Shown here one piece after another: positions 59,206 through 64,000 of a DNA stretch of 64,000 nt. This DNA is from an uncultured Planctomycetales bacterium (lineage in GTDB: Bacteria; Omnitrophota; Gorgyraeia; Zapsychrales; JAHFFX01). Positions within the stretch are counted from its first letter, which is position 1; each line of letters starts with the position of its first letter. Where the stretch lies: the NCBI GenBank assembly GCA_964612665.1, contig CAZTCI010000001.1, forward strand, positions 898 to 64,897. The letters run 5' to 3'. The notes below the pieces were generated by a model. That model was given only the letters and a program-made list of their open reading frames with translations, was not told the origin of the DNA and did no database searches. A program made the position numbers and the translations under genes.

Positions 59206-59766
59206 TTAAACACCAATTGTAGTATTTTGGAATTGTGATTTGGCCATTGTTTGTATATTGGAATTTGAATATTGGAAATTAGCCAAGCGCTCTGTTTTCG
59301 TCATATTAATATGCCCCAGCGCCAGCGCCAAGGCGTCGCTCGCATCCAGCGTTAGCTTTTGCTCGTCGATATTTAACAAATGCGCCACGACACTTCTGGT
59401 TTGTAGTTTCTGCGCGTTACCGTTTCCGGTTATTGATTTACGGATTCTTTTGACGCTGTATTCAACGAGCTCAATTTTCCGTTTAGCGCATAAAAGACAA
59501 ATAACACCACGCACATGACCCAAGAGACAAGCGGTCGTGGGATGTTTGTAATGCGCATAAAGTTTTTCCAGCACCATGACCTGTGGCTGGTATTCTTCTA
59601 ACAGCGCGTTTAAATTTTCAAAGACACGGTTCAAACGGTTTTGAATCAAATCTTTAACTTTAGGTTCAATAACGCCGGCTTCGACTAATCGGGTTTTGGG
59701 TCCTTCCTGATCAAGAAGGCCGTAACCGGTCCGGATCAATCCTGGGTCAATGCCTAGAATTCTCAT
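59206..59766 (-). CDS. ruvC: Crossover junction endodeoxyribonuclease RuvC
   Basis: MRILGIDPGLIRTGYGLL. Confidence 0.9.
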   Translation of the reverse strand: MRILGIDPGLIRTGYGLLDQEGPKTRLVEAGVIEPKVKDLIQNRLNRVFENLNALLEEYQPQVMVLEKLYAHYKHPTTACLLGHVRGVICLLCAKRKIELVEYSVKRIRKSITGNGNAQKLQTRSVVAHLLNIDEQKLTLDASDALALALGHINMTKTERLANFQYSNSNIQTMAKSQFQNTTIGV

Positions 59767-59854
59767 TTTGAATTGGCCAGTTTTCCAGTTACCAGTTTGT
59801 CAGTTAACATCATCTCAAACTCGACAACTGGCAACTCGTAAACTGAAAAACTAA

Positions 59855-60601
59855 TTAAGCTGCCGCGTTTAAATCTTCGTCGGAAATATCGAAATTGGCG
59901 TAAACATGCTGAACGTCTTCGTGGTCTTCAATCGCTTCCATCAATGCTAAAACGTTTTTGGCATCGCCGCCGACAACTTTAATGGTTGAATTGGGAATCA
60001 TCGTTACTTCCGCCGTCACGGTAGGAAGATTTTTATTTTGAATCGCGGTTTTGACAGTTTCAAAAGTGGCCGGTTCACAAGTGATTTCATACTGATCGCT
60101 TTCGGACTTAAAATCTTCCGCGCCGGATTCAAGTGCCAAGTTCATTAACTCTTCTTCCCCGATTTTATTTTTCTCAATTGCGATATAACCTTTTTTAGTA
60201 AACATCCAGGCCGTTGAACCAGCACCGGCAAGCGAACCGTTTTTCTTATTGAGGATGTTCCGGATTTCCGCGGTCGTGCGGTTTTTATTGTCGGTCAAAC
60301 ATTCAATCAAAAGCGCAACACCGCCCGGCCCGTAGGCATCGAAGGTCGTGTTTTCATACACAACGCCGGGGATTTCGCCGGTCCCTTTTTTGATCGCGTT
60401 TTCAATATTATCTTTTTGCATGTTGATACCTTTGGCGCGCTGGATAGCGGAACGCAGGCGGGTATTGGTATCGGGATTGCCGCCGCCGTCTTTGGCGGCC
60501 GCGGTGATTTCGCGGATAATCTTGGTAAACGCCGCGCCGCGCTTGGCGTCGGCGGCAGCCTTCTTATGCTTAATCGTTGCCCACTTTGAATGTCCTGACA
60601 T
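59855..60601 (-). CDS. yebC: YebC/PmpR-family transcriptional regulator
   Basis: MSGHSKWATIKHKKAAADAKRG, with a GGAGG SD 8 nt upstream of this ATG. Confidence 0.9.
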   Translation of the reverse strand: MSGHSKWATIKHKKAAADAKRGAAFTKIIREITAAAKDGGGNPDTNTRLRSAIQRAKGINMQKDNIENAIKKGTGEIPGVVYENTTFDAYGPGGVALLIECLTDNKNRTTAEIRNILNKKNGSLAGAGSTAWMFTKKGYIAIEKNKIGEEELMNLALESGAEDFKSESDQYEITCEPATFETVKTAIQNKNLPTVTAEVTMIPNSTIKVVGGDAKNVLALMEAIEDHEDVQHVYANFDISDEDLNAAA

Positions 60602-60756
60602 CTTTAATTCCTCCATTACGTGTTCATTTATATTATCTACGAATGACTTTAAAAGCCAACTCTAAAACCATTAATTTTGCAACCACAGATAACGCAGATA
60701 GGTAACGCACATCGACGATCTTTGTCAGCTGTGGTTACAATCTGCGCTATCGGCGG

Positions 60757-61188
60757 TTATAGAGCAAGCCAATAAGCCGAGTTCTGTATTGCAACCGCAG
60801 ATCTGCGGTTGCAGGTGGTCATTCGACTAACTTCCCCGATTGCTCGAGAAACTCTTGCAGCCTACCCGAGAGTGATGACGCGCTGGATTAAACGCGTTTC
60901 CAAAATGAATTGGAATCTTCTCCTATTTGGCCTTGCTCCCTGTAGAGATTGCTCGTTTCACCCTTTTTAGGTGTTAGGTTTAAGGTCTTAGGTCTTAGAT
61001 TAAATTTCCCTAACACCTGATACCTAAAACCTAACACCTAAAAGTATCGTCACTGTAGCTCTAATCCTCCTCGCCTTTCGACAAGTGCTCTGCGTTAACA
61101 GAGTACATAATCCATGCTGGAGCTCGGACTTTCCTCCCCCACGTTACTTGAATAAGAACGTCGGGGCGACCACTTTGGCTTGCTCTTT
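60757..61188 (-). ncRNA. rnpB: RNase P RNA (bacterial), ~430 nt
   Basis: Minus-strand GGGGGAGGAAAGUCCGAGCUCC (P4 5' half), GGAGCAAGGCCAAAUAGG, GGGUAGGCUGCAAGAG, and ACAGAACUCGGCUUAUUGG (P4 3' half). P1 pairs AGAGCAAGCCAA with UUGGCUUGCUCU. Confidence 0.85.
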
Positions 61189-61581
61189 TTTCAAAACATC
61201 GGAAGCCAGCTTATCGGCTTCTTTATTTTCTTCCCGGGGAATCTTTTTAAATTCAATCGATTTAAATTTCTTGGCCAAATCCTGAACCTGCTCAAAAAGA
61301 CTTTTGAGTTTTGGTTCTTTAATTTTGTAATCCCCTTTAATTTGATTGTACAACAATTCACTGTCGGTATGAATACGAATATGGGAAGCTTTTAAGGCGT
61401 GAGCCTCCTGTAAAGCATAAATTAAAGCCGTATATTCTGCAAAATTATTTGTGGCTTGACCGATTGCCTTGGCGAGGGTCTTAACCTTGGTTTCCTTTTG
61501 ATAAATGACAACACCGACCGAGGCTGGCCCCGGATTCCCACGACAGGCGCCGTCGATAAAAATTTCATATAAAGGATTCAC
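61144..61581 (-). CDS. rnhA: Ribonuclease HI
   Basis: The DEDD catalytic residues lie in FIDGACRGNPG, NNFAEYTALI, IHTDSELL and ENKEADKLA. The last 14 codons overlap rnpB P1-P3. Confidence 0.8.
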   Translation of the reverse strand: MNPLYEIFIDGACRGNPGPASVGVVIYQKETKVKTLAKAIGQATNNFAEYTALIYALQEAHALKASHIRIHTDSELLYNQIKGDYKIKEPKLKSLFEQVQDLAKKFKSIEFKKIPREENKEADKLASDVLKKEQAKVVAPTFLFK

Positions 61582-62312
61582 AGATTGTCCTCAAGATAAA
61601 GAATCCGGGCGCATGATTCGCAAAACACAAATTTGTCATGCATCCGGATTTCATTGATGGTTTGTTCAGGCAGATTAATGTAACAACCGCCGCACGCGTG
61701 GTTTTTGACAGGAACCAAGGCCAGACCTTGTTTATTTTCCAGAATACGTTCATAGCGGCTTAAAAAGGCGGGATTAACTTCAGGTGTTATTTGATTGCGC
61801 TGATTTTGAAGTGTGGCGATTCTTTCCTGAAGCTGTTTGATGTCATTGTCGATTTCTGTTTTTTTGGTTAGAAAATTCTTTTCCTCGTCGGCCAGAATCC
61901 GTTTTTCTTTTTCAAGCGCCGAATTGGCCGCGTCAATCTCATCAAAGATTATTAATATTTTTTCTTCAATCACGGATTTATCGGCTTTAAAATTTTCAAT
62001 CTCAAGCAGTTTGGCTTGATATTCTTTGTTGGTTTTTAAAAGATTCAACTGGCCGTTGGCTTTGGCAATCTCACCTTCTTTGGCCTGAAGGTCACCTTCT
62101 TTGGTTTTACGTTCTAATAAAAAAGACTTTTGTTTCTCCTCGAGCTTTTTTAAATTTTCCTTTTTAGATTCAAACTTTGCTTTAAGTTCGCTGATAAGGT
62201 CAGGTTTTTCTTTTAAATCACGCCGCAAACTGTAAATGTCAACATCCAAAACTTGTAAATCAACTAACCGTTTAATTTGGTCTCGAATCGAAACGTTGGA
62301 GGGTTTATTCAT
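61578..62312 (-). CDS. Coiled-coil protein with a C-terminal C4 zinc ribbon (COG1579-like)
   Basis: A long coiled coil, then HACGGCYINLP...FVFCESCARIL. Confidence 0.6.
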   Translation of the reverse strand: MNKPSNVSIRDQIKRLVDLQVLDVDIYSLRRDLKEKPDLISELKAKFESKKENLKKLEEKQKSFLLERKTKEGDLQAKEGEIAKANGQLNLLKTNKEYQAKLLEIENFKADKSVIEEKILIIFDEIDAANSALEKEKRILADEEKNFLTKKTEIDNDIKQLQERIATLQNQRNQITPEVNPAFLSRYERILENKQGLALVPVKNHACGGCYINLPEQTINEIRMHDKFVFCESCARILYLEDNL

Positions 62313-62354
62313 GGTCTGCTTTCTTAATTGTTGATTTATGCTTTTGTTCTGCTA

Positions 62355-62428
62355 CTAAAATATGGACACTGGGGGGATCGAACCTCCGACCTTCGCCATG
62401 TGAAGGCGACGCTCTAACCAGCTGAGCT
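62355..62428 (-). tRNA. tRNA-Val (anticodon CAC)
   Basis: A cloverleaf can be drawn: acceptor GGACACU/AGUGUCC, D arm GCUC-AGCUGGUUA-GAGC, anticodon stem UCGCC/GGCGA with loop UUCACAU, and T arm GGAGG-UUCGAUC-CCCCC (one A-C mismatch). CCA is not encoded. Confidence 0.75.
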
Positions 62429-62524
62429 AAGTGTCCTAATTTCCATATATTGGGACTCCCCCGCCTTTTCTTATTTTTAATTTTAGAAGCGGGGTCCCGC
62501 ATGCCACAATAAATCCAGAAAATG

Positions 62525-62578
62525 CGGGAGAACCTTCGACCTCTGCCATGTGAGGGCAGCACTCTAACCAACTGAGCT
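62525..62578 (-). pseudogene. Truncated tRNA-like paralog (the 5' two-thirds of a tRNA-Val(CAC)-like gene, lacking the T-arm 3' half and the acceptor 3' strand)
   Basis: GGACGCAUAGCUCAGUUGGUUAGAGUGCUGCCCUCACAUGGCAGAGGUCGAAGGUUC aligns base for base with the adjacent tRNA through position ~56, then diverges. No matching 3' acceptor strand lies within 150 nt. Confidence 0.55.
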
Positions 62579-62674
62579 ATGCGTCCGTAAATAATTTGAT
62601 AAATATCTGGGCCATAGGACTCAAACTTAGAACCAAAATCTCGGCTCTCATCAAGAATTTTTTCATCATTCCTT

Positions 62675-63253
62675 CTATGGTTTAGGACCTTTGGACACAA
62701 CATTGGGAAGTCGATATGAAATCTTTTTCAAGATTTCGTTGGCTTCAACTTCGTCAACCCCTATGCCGAACCAAAAAGTTCTCGCACCATAATCAAATGC
62801 TAGAACACCACCAGTTAATCCCGAAAACTGCATCCTTGATCGAAAATCCCAAGGATTGTACCCCATGGGAGCAATTCTCAAATTCTTGATATGACCGATT
62901 TGATATTGATTTAGTTTTCCTAAACCAAAAACATTCTTCTTGATACTGATGTAACTGCCATCTACTGTTATAATTTCTTTGCCGAAGGCTTGCCAAAGCC
63001 AAGTGTATATGATAAACATCCCTCCCACTGTCCAAGCAACAAGCCAAGCAGCCGTAAAAATTAAAGGAGCAGTGTCATTTCCCTTATTAAAGAAGGCCGT
63101 TGGAACCGTAAACTCACCAACTGCCCATCCGACGAGCCATGCAGCAAAAAATAAAATAATAAACCAGTTCTTTTTAGTTGGAATGACAATTTGTAACTGT
63201 CCACCAAAGTCCGAAATTGAAGAGCGCAATTTTTCAGGGGAAACAATGCTCAT
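62675..63253 (-). CDS. Hypothetical membrane protein
   Basis: Three or four TM helices. No family recognised. Confidence 0.4.
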   Translation of the reverse strand: MSIVSPEKLRSSISDFGGQLQIVIPTKKNWFIILFFAAWLVGWAVGEFTVPTAFFNKGNDTAPLIFTAAWLVAWTVGGMFIIYTWLWQAFGKEIITVDGSYISIKKNVFGLGKLNQYQIGHIKNLRIAPMGYNPWDFRSRMQFSGLTGGVLAFDYGARTFWFGIGVDEVEANEILKKISYRLPNVVSKGPKP

Positions 63254-63322
63254 AATGATCCTTTCAGTTCTAACCAGATGGAGCCTTCCAATCCCAAACT
63301 TCTTTGAACGTTCTATCAGTCT

Positions 63323-63559
63323 TCATAATGGCCTGCCTTCCAAATAAAGCGTATCTGGACAAAAATCTTGTCCGTGAGGCCATTCGATACTTCCTAAAAA
63401 AGGACGGACAGAATTAAAAACTTTCAAATCTCTTAATTCTCTAAAAATTCCATTATCTAAATAAGGCTTCACATCAAAAATTTTCTGCTCTCCATTGTCG
63501 AAAACAATAGTCAAAGTAAAATCGGGATTAGGCTTAACATCTTTTACTCGAGGATTCAT
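63323..63559 (-). CDS. DUF2442-family protein
   Basis: 78 aa: VKDVKPNPDFTLTIVFDNGEQKIFDVKPYL... Confidence 0.5.
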   Translation of the reverse strand: MNPRVKDVKPNPDFTLTIVFDNGEQKIFDVKPYLDNGIFRELRDLKVFNSVRPFLGSIEWPHGQDFCPDTLYLEGRPL

Positions 63560-63562
63560 GTT

Positions 63563-63832
63563 TTATTTCAGAGGTTCAATCTTAAATACCTCTTCACCAT
63601 TAACAGCTAACTGCCAATCGGCTATAAGTTCATCCTTATGAATTTCTATCCATGCTTGAACAAGCTTTAATTTGGCAGGATTTAACTTTCCATTTAATGT
63701 TTTACCGTCGGGAATAGATAACACTATTTCTTCGTCTTGATAACGCGCATGAATGTGGGGAGTTTTGTGTTCTTTATTGTCAAAAAAATATAGCGAGATG
63801 ATGATTCCATAAAACATCGAAATGATTGGCAT
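63563..63832 (-). CDS. DUF4160-family protein
   Basis: The start is placed at MPIISMFYGIIISLYFFDNKEHKTPHIHARY (family-typical N-terminus). The longer ORF would run into the tRNA. Confidence 0.5.
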   Translation of the reverse strand: MPIISMFYGIIISLYFFDNKEHKTPHIHARYQDEEIVLSIPDGKTLNGKLNPAKLKLVQAWIEIHKDELIADWQLAVNGEEVFKIEPLK

Positions 63833-63874
63833 AAATTCTCCTAAATAAAACCAAATATGCGGGGCGCGGAACTC

Positions 63875-63948
63875 TGGGCCCACCAGGACTCGAACCTGGG
63901 ACCAAGAGATTATGAGTCTCCTGCTCTAACCGACTGAGCTATGGGCCC
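63875..63948 (-). tRNA. tRNA with anticodon CAU (Met, or tRNA-Ile2 read as Ile after lysidine modification)
   Basis: GGGCCCAUAGCUCAGUCGGUUAGAGCAGGAGACUCAUAAUCUCUUGGUCCCAGGUUCGAGUCCUGGUGGGCCCA. The anticodon arm and T arm closely resemble E. coli ileX. Confidence 0.8.
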
Positions 63949-64000
63949 GTATGATTCATTTAAATGTAAATTATTTAAGAATTTCAGTAAAAAGCTATGC

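Noticed and set aside
62305-62703. 132-aa ORF covering the tRNA region
   Set aside because: It is entirely overlapped by tRNA-Val and the tRNA-like fragment on the same strand, and its translation is an artefact of the tRNA sequence.
63563-63883. Full-length 106-aa version of the DUF4160 ORF
   Set aside because: Its first 17 codons would overlap the tRNA(CAU) gene. The family-typical N-terminus MPIIS... lies at the internal Met at 63832.

Overview
This 64 kb window is a chromosomal segment from a bacterium of roughly 42-45% GC. It carries about 75 protein-coding genes, and all but five of them lie on the minus strand. The annotation below rests on reading the translated ORFs for family motifs and on direct inspection of the DNA for RNA genes, hairpins and repeats.

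The left third (1-25 kb) is accessory-looking envelope and signalling content. It contains:
- A partial secreted repeat protein.
- An HTTM-DCC fusion, a secreted Memo-AMMECR1 fusion, and a MauE/DsbA pair.
- pckA.
- A block of two-component and CheY/CheX-like genes.
- A lipoprotein/outer-membrane-protein cluster.
- corA.
- A processive family-2 glycosyltransferase with a PEGA-domain partner.

The middle third (25-48 kb) carries:
- ADP-forming acetyl-CoA synthetase.
- An M48 peptidase operon with a three-domain UPF0145 (YbjQ-like) protein.
- MarC, an MFS transporter, and peptidoglycan-binding lipoproteins.
- An OmpA-LysM protein, a signal-peptide-less HtrA-like protease, and MarR.
- An IS4-family insertion next to a type IV pilin-like gene.
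- A DUF309-LexA-receiver operon.
- An ABC-F ATPase (YbiT-like).

The right third (48-64 kb) is a housekeeping block: plsY-pgsA, lepB-lepA, cmk-tyrA-aroF-hisC-pheA, scpB, ruvA, ruvC, yebC, rnpB (RNase P RNA, overlapping the 3' end of an RNase HI gene), a zinc-ribbon coiled-coil protein, tRNA-Val(CAC), tRNA(CAU), and a DUF4160/DUF2442 pair.

Three noncoding observations stand out:
- A dispersed palindromic intergenic repeat family built from CGCGAAT/ATTCGCG heptamers, in four copies, together with related CGAAC arrays.
- A truncated tRNA-like paralog 85 nt upstream of tRNA-Val.
- An RNase P RNA that appears to lack P13/P14 and has a long repeat-rich P12.

No CRISPR array, prophage or complete defence locus was recognised. 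The most system-like novelty candidates are the extracytoplasmic HTTM/DCC-Memo/AMMECR1-MauE/DsbA neighbourhood and the M48 plus triple-UPF0145 operon. All family assignments come from motif recognition by eye and need homology searches to confirm.
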